Positions 9,199-17,434 of a stretch of DNA of 41,206 bases are shown in pieces. The translations under genes were made by a program, and so were the position numbers. Position 1 is the first letter of the stretch; each line of letters starts with the position of its first letter. This DNA is from a virus, in the UHGV virus genome UHGV-0372926, one strand, 5' to 3'. The notes beneath the pieces were generated by a model. It was not told where the DNA came from, did not search any database, and worked only from the letters and a program-made list of their open reading frames with translations.

Positions 9199-9351
9199 AT
9201 GAACATAGCCACTAAATACCGAAAATCCGGAAAGGTTGACCTGCGCCGCTTGAGGCGGTGCGCGCGAAGATTGAAGGCCGCATATTTTAAGCTCGACTTA
9301 GGTCGCAACGAAAACTGGATAACGAAGGCTGAACGGAGATTCGACCGATGA
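9199..9351 (+). CDS. Small basic protein (50 aa), encoded antisense between Rz1 and the scaffold gene
   Basis: MNIATKYRKSGKVDLRRLRRCARRLKAAYFKLDLGRNENWITKAERRFDR, with a GAAGGGG RBS. It is below the 60-aa cutoff of the ORF track. Confidence 0.45.
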   Translation: MNIATKYRKSGKVDLRRLRRCARRLKAAYFKLDLGRNENWITKAERRFDR

Positions 9352-9488
9352 AACCAATGGCAAAGCGTAACCCGACGAAGTACCAGCAACGGCGCCGGGT
9401 ATTTCTGGTCTATCTTCCGGTAGCGTGGGTGGCTATAGCCTTCGTCTGCTGGGGCCTGGCCTGGCTGATAAAAAACGCCCCGTTATAG
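9348..9488 (+). CDS. Small tail-anchored membrane protein (46 aa)
   Basis: MKPMAKRNPTKYQQRRRVFLVYLPVAWVAIAFVCWGLAWLIKNAPL. Its start overlaps the previous stop in an ATGA arrangement, and the terminator hairpin follows. Confidence 0.45.
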   Translation: MKPMAKRNPTKYQQRRRVFLVYLPVAWVAIAFVCWGLAWLIKNAPL

Positions 9489-9495
9489 GGGCGTT
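9474..9495. terminator. Hairpin AACGCCCC-gttata-GGGGCGTT; followed by TTTTTTAT on the minus strand (after Rz1) and a weaker U-tract on the plus strand
   Basis: An 8-bp perfect stem. The Rz1 stop codon (9483-9485) lies in the loop. Confidence 0.6.
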
Positions 9496-9731
9496 GTTAC
9501 ATTCCGGATCCAGTCCTGCAGCTGGTACACCTGTAGCCTTAACTTTCTCCCGCAATCCATGTTCTGCACGTCCGCATTGAGATCCGCGTCACTGTCCTTT
9601 TCCGCCGGCTGAAACTGGCACGGCTTCGCCATCATAGCCGGGGATGGCGTTGGCGTTATCGATGGCGCGTTGTTTAATCCGCACCCGCTCATCGTCAAAA
9701 CTACAGCGCACACGATCAGGATTTTGCACAT
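9483..9731 (-). CDS. Rz1-like outer-membrane lipoprotein spanin (o-spanin)
   Basis: MCKILIVCAVVLTMSGCGLNN has a signal peptide plus an LTMSGC lipobox. The mature part is Pro-rich. Its start lies inside the Rz gene in another frame and it extends beyond the Rz stop. Confidence 0.7.
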   Translation of the reverse strand: MCKILIVCAVVLTMSGCGLNNAPSITPTPSPAMMAKPCQFQPAEKDSDADLNADVQNMDCGRKLRLQVYQLQDWIRNVTTPL

Positions 9732-9978
9732 ATTTAACCACCTCTCGGGTTATCACTACGGTTTTCGCGGCGCCGGCCTGTTCGGCTTCGGCGGCCTTCG
9801 TATCGTTTACCTGCTGCGCGGTTACCCGTTTCGCCAGTGTCGCCCGGGCCTTTTCTTCCTGCTGGGCTACCAGCTTCGCGCGGCCCTCATTCCAGCCGTT
9901 CCTGTACTGCCATTGGCCGTAAATAAACGCAACCAATAACCCGATACTAAGCGCTATACAGATATTTTTCAGCCCCAT
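9589..9978 (-). CDS. Rz-like inner-membrane spanin (i-spanin); start at the internal Met MGLKNICIALSIGLLVAFIYG
   Basis: An N-terminal TM helix followed by a coiled-coil periplasmic domain. It overlaps Rz1. Confidence 0.7.
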   Translation of the reverse strand: MGLKNICIALSIGLLVAFIYGQWQYRNGWNEGRAKLVAQQEEKARATLAKRVTAQQVNDTKAAEAEQAGAAKTVVITREVVKYVQNPDRVRCSFDDERVRIKQRAIDNANAIPGYDGEAVPVSAGGKGQ

Positions 9979-10004
9979 CGCTCCACCTTTACATTGCTGC
10001 CGTT

Positions 10005-10262
10005 GACTTCTCGCAAAATAAATGATACGATCAGCTTCGCTTTTGTGCGACGCCTCGCAAAGGCAGGCGCGCAACAAGCAATTGAAGTGATCGATTCAGC
10101 CCACCTCGTTATAACTCCTTGATTTTACTCACTTAATTTCGCCACTCGCAAACTAAAACGGCAGCAACCAACGAAATTAGCCTAAGTCCTTGATATTTAT
10201 ACTCGCAATTTGACTCGCAAAATTTTGCGAGTCTTGCGCGTCGCCGATACACGTAATTTATT
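10005..10262. repeat. Iteron-rich non-coding region A, homologous to region B (19890-20162)
   Basis: It shares the blocks ctcgcaaaa-atgatacgatca, gcgacgcc, gtgatcga and tactcgcaatttNNNtcgcaaaattttgcgagtcttgcg...acacgta..ttacgagtt with region B. It holds at least 7 copies of CTCGCAA/TTGCGAG and the palindrome cgcaaaattttgcg. Confidence 0.7.
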
Positions 10263-11310
10263 ACGAGTTCCCGGACAGGAATTTTGCAACGCGTTTATCG
10301 TTCTCCGCCATCTCGCGCAGGGTCAGCGGCCGGCCAAAGCCATCGACCGACGCAGCCCGGAATTCCTCTGCCGTCATACCGCTGTTACGGAAAATATTAC
10401 CCCTGACCGGGCCGAGCGCCTCATCCTGGAACCATGCCGGCTGCATCTGCAGGAATTCGTAGTATGACGTGTCGGCGTCTACCTGCGTGCCTCCGTCGGC
10501 CCCTCGGGCCGCCCGCTTCCCGCCGACGTCAAGGAAGTCGAAATCGCTGCTGATCACCGGCGCGGTGGTCGTCCTGCAGTTCGGATGCAGCGGCGGCAGC
10601 GGCCCCTTGCCGACATCGTAAACCTTGCCATGCGCCAGGTTCCGGCAAATCGACGAGGTGCGCTTGTCCAGGGTCACTACCAGCTCGTAGCCTTCCACGA
10701 TATCGTCGTTTTTCTGATATACGAGGTTTTTCGCTTCGGTCGATACATGGTTGATCGCGGTTCTAACCACCGTTGCCGCGTTGCGGTTTGACACGTCCGC
10801 CAGCCCGCCCGGGCCGACTACCTGGCGCACGATGTCGCGCGTCGTCATTCCCCGCACGAAGCCAGATTTAACGCCGGTCACCAGGCGGTTAATCTCGGTA
10901 TCCTGCCAGCTGGTTAGCATGTCCTGGAAGTCTACCGGCTTACCTTCCAGCTGCAGCGGATTGAACTTAATGGCGGACCAGACTTGCTCGGGCGACGGAG
11001 CGGTGAAACTGGCGTTGACGTTTCCGGACAGTGTGTCCGTCGTCCAGTTGGTCTCGTACTCGGCCAGCTTCTGCAGGTCCTGCTGTAAGCGTTCCTCCCA
11101 GCCGCTGGAGATTGCGTATAGGATGTCCTCCAGGTCCTTTAGCATGGCCTGCAGACGACCGCGGGTGCGGCTCTCGTCCCCGAAGGCCAGCACCTTCTGT
11201 TTTACCTCGTCGCGCATCTGCTGGATGAACGGCTCCAGCTCGTTCACCTCATGCGAGGCGTTACGCTGGAGCCAGATCTGGTGGCTAATAAAGGCCGTTA
11301 AGACACTCAT
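10261..11310 (-). CDS. Phage Mu F-like / SPP1 gp7-like minor head (head morphogenesis) protein
   Basis: 349 aa placed after the portal gene, as is typical for this family. Confidence 0.65.
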   Translation of the reverse strand: MSVLTAFISHQIWLQRNASHEVNELEPFIQQMRDEVKQKVLAFGDESRTRGRLQAMLKDLEDILYAISSGWEERLQQDLQKLAEYETNWTTDTLSGNVNASFTAPSPEQVWSAIKFNPLQLEGKPVDFQDMLTSWQDTEINRLVTGVKSGFVRGMTTRDIVRQVVGPGGLADVSNRNAATVVRTAINHVSTEAKNLVYQKNDDIVEGYELVVTLDKRTSSICRNLAHGKVYDVGKGPLPPLHPNCRTTTAPVISSDFDFLDVGGKRAARGADGGTQVDADTSYYEFLQMQPAWFQDEALGPVRGNIFRNSGMTAEEFRAASVDGFGRPLTLREMAENDKRVAKFLSGNS

Positions 11311-11386
11311 GCGCCCACCAACACTATCGCCAAAAGAACAATGGTTATGACGGCAGGAACTATAAGCACCACGTTAATCAAATGGG

Positions 11387-12883
11387 TCATTGTGCCTCCC
11401 CTTGCTGCTGCATATTAGCTGCCGATGGGATATCGCCGGTAACCGTCGTCGCCGTTCCGCGCGACGCGATCGGCTGGTCCGCGATGGCGTTCTGAATCTG
11501 TTCGTTAGTCCAGTTGGTAACCCCGGCCTCGCGCAGCGCCTCATAGTACGCCGTAGCGGGCAGATAACCGGCGTTAATGTCGGATACCCATGCGGCGCGA
11601 TCCTGCGCGGTCATCGACTTGAGGAAGAATTCCATATTCAGCTTAAACTCGATCTCCGATCCGTCAACGTTAAGCATATCGGCAACCCATTTAAGAGCGC
11701 TGGTGTACGCCTGGCTAACGTTACGCGCGATAGTAGCCATAACCGATGTATCCGCACCACGCTGGATGCGGGCGGCCTCCGCAGTTACCTGCACCGTCGG
11801 CATGATCAGCTGGGCTCCGATCTGCACGGCCTGCTGTTCCTTGTCCAGCATGTTCTGCTTGGCGAGGTTATTTTCCGCTGCCTGGATTAAATCCGCGGTA
11901 CCGCCGGCACCGATATTATGCCCTGTACGAGAGCCCATCTTAACACCGTTGGGGTTAGCCGCTTTGTATTGATCCGCGCTAAAATTCTCGCCCGGGCTAA
12001 TGAACAGGGTCGGCTGGCCGACAACAAAACTTGACTCTTCGTTATCCGCGCTGTTCCGGAAGTGTCCGATGTTCAGTTCCGCAAGCGGCAGCATTGGTGG
12101 GTCGTCGGGCGTATGATCGTTATTCGTTGCCCCGATAAAGGTAAACGGGATCATGCCTTTCAGATTGTCGCCGAGTTGTGGGTAAATGGTCTCTACTGGC
12201 TCCGCGTCGCCGCCTTCTGCTTTGAATTTATACAGCCGCTGCCGGTAGTTATTTTCGCTATCAATGTCGAGGACACGATATTGCTCTCCATACTGGATGT
12301 CGAACTCGTCGCCGGGAGATGAATACTCCCATACCTCGCGCAGTACGATCAGCGACACCCGGTTTACCGACCCTACCCGGGTCAGACGCCAGTTAACGAT
12401 ATTTTCGGCGGTATAGAAAACGATGACCGGGTTTAATAATCCCTCGTTTTGCTCCGCCATAGTCGCCGCGCCTGTCGGCGGGGCGTCCACTAGCAGCCCA
12501 CCGCGGCCAATGGAATCAATCTCCATAAGCGTGTCCTGGGCGTGCTGCCAAAGACCGACACCGGAGCCGTCGCAATTATCCTTGAGGTATTCAAGTTCTT
12601 TCGGGATCGTCTGCTCCGGGTCTTTGCGCATCACGCTTCCGACCATGCCTGATAGCGTCCGCTTAGTGAAGTTGTAGCAGATCGCCCCTTCTTCATACTC
12701 ACGCTGCCGTAGCTCGCCGTAAGACTTGTCTGCTTCATTCTTGCCTACGTTGCGCAGGTACCGCTTTAGGTCTCCCGCGATTGCATGGCGGACCTTTTCC
12801 CATTTCGGGAAATACGCCTTGTAGTCCCGGTGGGTGGTCTTTACGTTCTGCCCCGCACCGGCGGTAATATTTTCGCTGATCAT
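11387..12883 (-). CDS. Portal protein
   Basis: 498 aa lying between the large terminase and the head morphogenesis gene. Confidence 0.7.
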   Translation of the reverse strand: MISENITAGAGQNVKTTHRDYKAYFPKWEKVRHAIAGDLKRYLRNVGKNEADKSYGELRQREYEEGAICYNFTKRTLSGMVGSVMRKDPEQTIPKELEYLKDNCDGSGVGLWQHAQDTLMEIDSIGRGGLLVDAPPTGAATMAEQNEGLLNPVIVFYTAENIVNWRLTRVGSVNRVSLIVLREVWEYSSPGDEFDIQYGEQYRVLDIDSENNYRQRLYKFKAEGGDAEPVETIYPQLGDNLKGMIPFTFIGATNNDHTPDDPPMLPLAELNIGHFRNSADNEESSFVVGQPTLFISPGENFSADQYKAANPNGVKMGSRTGHNIGAGGTADLIQAAENNLAKQNMLDKEQQAVQIGAQLIMPTVQVTAEAARIQRGADTSVMATIARNVSQAYTSALKWVADMLNVDGSEIEFKLNMEFFLKSMTAQDRAAWVSDINAGYLPATAYYEALREAGVTNWTNEQIQNAIADQPIASRGTATTVTGDIPSAANMQQQGEAQ

Positions 12884-12895
12884 AGTGTCCTCGTC

Positions 12896-14242
12896 TTAAA
12901 GCGGGAAATAAACCGGGATATTGATAACAGGCTTCACGATCGGCATCTCGTATGCAATCGGGTAGCCAGTGGCGTCGTTCTGGTGGTCGTTGTTCCCTGA
13001 TTTATCAGGTACACCATTTTTATCATAGGCCTGCTGCTCTAAGCATCTAGCGGTAACAGGACACGCTTGCTCGTTTATCAGGAGCCTACCAGATTCAAAG
13101 GCTTTATTCACGGATGCTACCCGGTCTTTTACCGCAGGGTTGGCCACATTCGCGCGCACTTCAAATCTTGCTTGTTCCAGCTGGGCAATATCCGATCTCG
13201 ATGCATCCTGTGATTTTCGGTTCTTTCCGCTGGCGTCGGGATACATGACAATATGGTGGCCGGCATTCTGCCAGCGCTCCTTGATCGTGCGCACTATGTC
13301 AGGGGTGTCGAACATATCCACCAGTTCCGCCACCGCGTGCCATACGTGGCCGCGCTGCACGTAGACTGTAGAGGCCATATGCCCTACGTTAAAGTCCTGG
13401 CCTATGTACAGCGTTTCGCCGGGCTGGATAGTCTCGCGGCTACTGCACTTGTTGCGCTTATACGCATAGTAAACGGTTCCGGAAGTCAGGTTGACGAATT
13501 CACCGTTAATGTAGGCCTCTATCAGCTGCTCCGGGTAGGTGGCCCGCAACGATTCTACGTAATCCTCTGGCAAAAACGGATTGGATAGGGTGGAGGCCTG
13601 AATCATGTCATAACCCGGCATCTTGTTAACCACCCAGCGATCGTGAACGAACCGGAAACCTTCCGGCGTGGTGAATATCGAGACGGTGTTAATTGGCTTC
13701 GGTGACGACGCTACATAGGTATCGGGCCGTTGGCGATTACGCGCGATAATCTTATTCCAGGCGTCGGCAGCATGTTCCATTTTAAGGGTGTCCAGTTCGT
13801 CGACCTTGGCCCGAAAAGATTCATACCCCACTATGCGCGCCGGGTTATCGAGGGTACGCAATACAAAATCCCCCAGCTGCCGGTTGCTGGTGTAAATGAT
13901 GTTGTCGGATTTATTGTAGCGGTATCGGACGCCCCATTCCTGCAGCTTTTCCTCCATGCGTGGGGCCAGAATAAGGCGCACCAGGTCATAGGTCGGTTCG
14001 TACATGGCAATCATCGACGACGCACCGCCTTCCAGGCTGTCAAGCAACGCAGAATTGCACATCACCTCGGATTTACCCGTGCCGAAGCCCGCCACGAAAG
14101 CCGGGAATTTACAATGCATGTTGAGGAATGCCGCCTGCGGCTCAGTCGCCTTTATGCTTATTTGCACCGACGACCTCCACGACGACTTTCTGGATAGGCT
14201 GATCTTCTTTCGGGTCTTCGACCGCCGGCTCGCGCATACCAT
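12896..14242 (-). CDS. Terminase large subunit
   Basis: Walker A motif ...FVAGFGTGKSEV... The ATPase N-domain and nuclease C-domain are about the expected 448 aa length. The N-terminus overlaps the TerS frame by about 100 nt, so the true start is uncertain. Confidence 0.8.
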   Translation of the reverse strand: MVCASRRSKTRKKISLSRKSSWRSSVQISIKATEPQAAFLNMHCKFPAFVAGFGTGKSEVMCNSALLDSLEGGASSMIAMYEPTYDLVRLILAPRMEEKLQEWGVRYRYNKSDNIIYTSNRQLGDFVLRTLDNPARIVGYESFRAKVDELDTLKMEHAADAWNKIIARNRQRPDTYVASSPKPINTVSIFTTPEGFRFVHDRWVVNKMPGYDMIQASTLSNPFLPEDYVESLRATYPEQLIEAYINGEFVNLTSGTVYYAYKRNKCSSRETIQPGETLYIGQDFNVGHMASTVYVQRGHVWHAVAELVDMFDTPDIVRTIKERWQNAGHHIVMYPDASGKNRKSQDASRSDIAQLEQARFEVRANVANPAVKDRVASVNKAFESGRLLINEQACPVTARCLEQQAYDKNGVPDKSGNNDHQNDATGYPIAYEMPIVKPVINIPVYFPL

Positions 14243-14672
14243 GGTTGCATTTCAGGATGAAGGCCGCGCCGTTACCGCCTACACCGGCGGCGGACAGCTC
14301 CATGAGGAAAGCTTTCTGCAGCGATTCGGCGTCGGCGTATGCGCGGTCCCATTCCGGCCAGTGCTCGCGCCAGTTGCGCAGCGTGTCACGGTTGACTCCG
14401 ATCGACGCGGCGAAGCGCTCGAACGTCGGCAGCTTGCTTTGCGGGATCACCTGCGCGGTGCCTTTATCCGTGTAGTGGATAATCCACGACGCCGGCTCGG
14501 AGAAATAGCGCAGCAGTGCGCCGCAGTATTCCGGGCGGTAGTCGGTCGGTTTATCGTTGCCGCCGATGTCGTGCGGAAAGCGCTCGCCTTTCTTCCGTTT
14601 CGGCGGTACTCCCCTTAGATGTTTCGGCTTCGGCTTTAGATTCATATAACCCCCATTATGCTTGCGTACCAT
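14142..14672 (-). CDS. Terminase small subunit
   Basis: 176 aa basic/acidic protein directly upstream of TerL. Confidence 0.5.
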   Translation of the reverse strand: MVRKHNGGYMNLKPKPKHLRGVPPKRKKGERFPHDIGGNDKPTDYRPEYCGALLRYFSEPASWIIHYTDKGTAQVIPQSKLPTFERFAASIGVNRDTLRNWREHWPEWDRAYADAESLQKAFLMELSAAGVGGNGAAFILKCNHGMREPAVEDPKEDQPIQKVVVEVVGANKHKGD

Positions 14673-14723
14673 ACGCGCGCACCAGCGGCCCCCAGGGCCA
14701 CGTTAAGGGGATTATATAGCGGT

Positions 14724-14751
14724 GGTGAGGATTAGGCAAAAGAAGCCCGCA
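14724..14751 (-). terminator. Intrinsic terminator for the minus strand: GCCCGC-acggag-GCGGGC followed by TTCTTTTGCC
   Basis: Downstream of the 14770 gene stop and upstream of the small terminase gene. A TATATAAT-like element follows at about 14690-14700 on the minus strand, a candidate late promoter. Confidence 0.5.
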
Positions 14752-14769
14752 CGGAGGCGGGCAGGTTGG

Positions 14770-15345
14770 TTATTTTGCTGGGCAAGATGGTTTAGGCATC
14801 CAATGTGTTACGTCTTCCAGCACTACACGATCGAAGGGGTCGTATCCGTCTTCCGAGAATCCGTCTTCCGAAAAATACAAAACACGGTCGACTACACATA
14901 CGCCATTTAGGCAAATGATAACGTCCTCGCCATTATCAGGAAGCCGCTCGCTTACCGGAATCCATCCCTGGTTTTTCGACAGGGAATTGCCAACCTGGTT
15001 TATGGCGCCTTCGTAGGCTTCTTTCATAGCATCGCGCACCCATCCTTGCGGTTTTTGGTTTGTTTTAACACACCATTCATCAAACGTAAGAACCGGCGCT
15101 GGCTGCGCATGTGGGTAAAGCTTCGTTCCTGGCTCCAGCGGACATAGCATCCTGATGGATGGGCCAAGAGCGGCGCATATCCCTACATTCGTCACCTGAT
15201 ACACCTCCGCAACCGGCTCGGCCTCCATCGTCGCCAGAAGCATCTTATACGCGGCAAGGGTGTAATCCTCTTTCAGCGACCTCGCGCCAGATTCCAGCTC
15301 GGCGATACGGGCGGCGAGTGATTCTTTAGTAACGGTAGTTGTCAT
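14770..15345 (-). CDS. DUF551-like protein
   Basis: C-terminal ...DVTHWMPKPSCP matches the DUF551 THWMPLP signature. Start at MTTTVTKESL with an ATGA overlap. Confidence 0.4.
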   Translation of the reverse strand: MTTTVTKESLAARIAELESGARSLKEDYTLAAYKMLLATMEAEPVAEVYQVTNVGICAALGPSIRMLCPLEPGTKLYPHAQPAPVLTFDEWCVKTNQKPQGWVRDAMKEAYEGAINQVGNSLSKNQGWIPVSERLPDNGEDVIICLNGVCVVDRVLYFSEDGFSEDGYDPFDRVVLEDVTHWMPKPSCPAK

Positions 15346-15545
15346 AATGCCCGCTCCTTCCCACACTTCATGCACTGCAAAACTGGCACGTCATGCTCGT
15401 CGAAAAACTCCATGTATTCATGCGCGCACTTATTCAGGTTGCTCCGGTTCACCAGCTCGCGGCGGTGCTCCTGGGCTACGATTAGCGCCGCCTCCAGTTC
15501 TGCGATCTTGGCGTCGGCCTTCTTTATTTGCTCGTCGATTGTCAT
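15342..15545 (-). CDS. Small zinc-finger protein (C-x2-C...C-x2-C)
   Basis: 67 aa with a coiled-coil N-terminus and CMKCGKERAL at the C-terminus. Confidence 0.4.
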   Translation of the reverse strand: MTIDEQIKKADAKIAELEAALIVAQEHRRELVNRSNLNKCAHEYMEFFDEHDVPVLQCMKCGKERAL

Positions 15546-15967
15546 TGCGATTTTTCCTCTGCGAAATAGGCCAGCGCCAGGAGAAAGGCGCGCTGGGACT
15601 GCGGGTTTTTAAGCAGGCCGAAGCGGTGGCGGATGGTCGCCAGGTGCCGATCGAACGAATCGCGGCACCCCTCCTCGTCGGCCATCTGCACAACGGCAAC
15701 GAGTAACGCTTCGTGCTCCTCCTGCAATTCCTCCTCGCTGTACAGCACATCGTCAGCTGCCGTTATCGGCTCGTATTCTTGGACTACGGAAAACTCGGCA
15801 TCTTCCAGGCGCTCGGTACGGTAGCCGCCGTTATGCGTCTCTACGACCCACGACCAAACACCAAAGGCCCCACCACTATCGTCTGTTACGCGCATGTTTT
15901 CGTCTACTTCGTATTCACGGCCGACGGTGAACCAGGATACTTTTGACGCGGTGCAAATCAGTTTCAT
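15542..15967 (-). CDS. Hypothetical early protein
   Basis: 141 aa, with start and stop coupled to both neighbours. Confidence 0.4.
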   Translation of the reverse strand: MKLICTASKVSWFTVGREYEVDENMRVTDDSGGAFGVWSWVVETHNGGYRTERLEDAEFSVVQEYEPITAADDVLYSEEELQEEHEALLVAVVQMADEEGCRDSFDRHLATIRHRFGLLKNPQSQRAFLLALAYFAEEKSQ

Positions 15968-16182
15968 TTAGAACCACCTTTTTTCAGCAGTTCGCCACAC
16001 TCACGGCAATATTTATCCCACGCATCTGCCTGTCGGTGTTGGCATTTGGATGTATCCCACCCGCATATGCCGCAAATGCTGTTACTTTTACCATCGTAAA
16101 CACGCCCGCCATCGTGTTTACAATATGCCTGGAAACGGCGCTCCAGGTCTTCATATGTTGGTTTTACTAATTCATTAGCCAT
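15964..16182 (-). CDS. Small Cys-rich (zinc-ribbon-like) protein; start at MANELVKPT with an AGGAG RBS
   Basis: Contains CGICGWDTSKCQHRQ...CRECG. It is the first gene after the promoter at 16214-16242. Confidence 0.4.
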   Translation of the reverse strand: MANELVKPTYEDLERRFQAYCKHDGGRVYDGKSNSICGICGWDTSKCQHRQADAWDKYCRECGELLKKGGSK

Positions 16183-16213
16183 TCCGATTGCTCCTGTGTA
16201 GTTGACGATATGA

Positions 16214-16242
16214 GTATAATCATATTGCAACCAACATTGCAA
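16214..16242 (-). promoter_or_regulatory. Sigma70-like promoter on the minus strand: -35 TTGCAA (c16237-16242), 17 nt spacer with GTTGGTTGC (c16227-16235), -10 TTATAC (c16214-16219)
   Basis: The minus strand reads cTTGCAAtgttggttgcaatatgaTTATACtcat. Confidence 0.5.
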
Positions 16243-16250
16243 GTAGCGCG

Positions 16251-16284
16251 CAAAGAAAAAGCCCCAGCTGTTAAGCCAGGGCTT
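16251..16284 (-). terminator. Intrinsic terminator after the endolysin gene: AAGCCC...GGGCTT hairpin plus TTTTTCTTT on the minus strand
   Basis: A 6-bp stem with a 14-nt loop, so a weak to moderate terminator. Confidence 0.4.
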
Positions 16285-16330
16285 TCGGACCGTCAGGAGC
16301 AAATCAATCGTGTGCAATGAGACTATAGCA

Positions 16331-16825
16331 CTACTTCACGGCCCTGCCAATAGCCTCGGCCTCGGCTGCCGATTTGCCGTTGAACAGCGCAAGACGTCCG
16401 GTTGCGCGCCGGCGTAGCCCCAGCATCACCTTACCGCCCTGATAGATGAATTGCGGCAACTTGGCGCGCAGCGTCGCGATGTCGCCACGGCGCAGCGCCT
16501 TGCCGGTGCCCGTATCGGCGCCGATCACTTTCGGCCCGGCATTGAATACCAGGTCCACCATAGCGTCGAAGTATGGGCCAGTGACCAGCGGATGCGCCAC
16601 CGCGTCGACCTGGCGCTCGGCCTCTGCCATATCCTGGCGCAGTAACGCCAGTGCATTCGGTTCGGTGATGCTCGCCGGCGCCTGGGCTCGCGTACCTGTA
16701 TGGCCGTAACCCCAGGTCAGGATCCCGCGGGCCTTTTCTTTGGCGGTTGCGTAATACGGCACAGGTTTAAACGTCTCCCAGCGCCGGGCGAATTCAACGG
16801 CGTTATCGCTGACTGTTCTTCGCAT
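16331..16825 (-). CDS. Endolysin, GH24 (T4/lambda R21-type) lysozyme
   Basis: ...ILTWGYGHTG... resembles the TIGIGHT block of the lysozyme family. It has no N-terminal TM helix, so it is not a SAR endolysin. Confidence 0.65.
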   Translation of the reverse strand: MRRTVSDNAVEFARRWETFKPVPYYATAKEKARGILTWGYGHTGTRAQAPASITEPNALALLRQDMAEAERQVDAVAHPLVTGPYFDAMVDLVFNAGPKVIGADTGTGKALRRGDIATLRAKLPQFIYQGGKVMLGLRRRATGRLALFNGKSAAEAEAIGRAVK

Positions 16826-17087
16826 GGATCAATCTCCGATACTTGATGTAGCGCACCGACTTAACGCAGGCGCTGCGCAGAAATGAAAGGGTGACCAGCA
16901 CAAGGAGTGTTGACCAGATGAATAACGGCGCGCTGCCGTCTTTGTAGATATGAATCAGCCCGGCGCCGCAGGTGAGAAACAGGCCCATGAACACCAGGCG
17001 GCCCAGCAGGCCGTCGTCGACCCAGTGGGCGTAAATGTTAAACAGCGCGGTTGCGGCGATAACGGAAAGGCAGAAGGCACTAAGCAT
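16803..17087 (-). CDS. Holin/antiholin-like membrane protein (3 predicted TM helices, charged C-terminus)
   Basis: 94 aa, hydrophobic, lying between the holin and the endolysin. Confidence 0.5.
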   Translation of the reverse strand: MLSAFCLSVIAATALFNIYAHWVDDGLLGRLVFMGLFLTCGAGLIHIYKDGSAPLFIWSTLLVLVTLSFLRSACVKSVRYIKYRRLIHAKNSQR

Positions 17088-17089
17088 GG

Positions 17090-17371
17090 CTATTTACCCC
17101 ACGGTAGTTTAAAGCTGCTCGCCGCCACTTCCAGGGCCTCAAAGAATTTCCACCAGAAGGCGCCGATCACGAAAGGCACCAGGTATTGCCCGTCGGTGTC
17201 CGCCAGCTCGAAATAGCGGATCCCAAACGGTGAGAAGTAAACGGCACAAGCGGCACCGGCGGCCAGGTGTGCGCAGCGCTTCCACAACGGTAGCTGCTCT
17301 GCTTTCTTCACCTGGGCCACGATGCCGCCGCATACGGCAGCGACGACAAGCCAGAAATATCTGTCCATCAA
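17090..17371 (-). CDS. Holin (class I-like, 3 TM helices)
   Basis: 93 aa: MMDRYFWLVVAAVCGGIVAQV...CAHLAAGAACAVYFSPFGI...LVPFVIGAFWWKFF. Confidence 0.55.
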   Translation of the reverse strand: MMDRYFWLVVAAVCGGIVAQVKKAEQLPLWKRCAHLAAGAACAVYFSPFGIRYFELADTDGQYLVPFVIGAFWWKFFEALEVAASSFKLPWGK

Positions 17372-17434
17372 AAAGGACCCCCGAATGAATAGTATTCGGG
17401 GGCAGTATAGGGCGATTTAGGATTAATCTGCAAA

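Noticed and set aside
10261-10270. Identical ...NS* (aactcgtaa) endings of the head-morphogenesis and primase genes as a meaningful shared C-terminal tag
   Set aside because: Only two codons are shared. This is most likely a by-product of where the duplicated intergenic region begins.
12896-14242. The ~100-nt overlap between the TerL start (14242) and TerS (stop at 14142) as evidence of fusion or frameshift
   Set aside because: It is more simply an uncertain TerL start (an alternative GTG/TTG start closer to the Walker A segment) than a recoding event.
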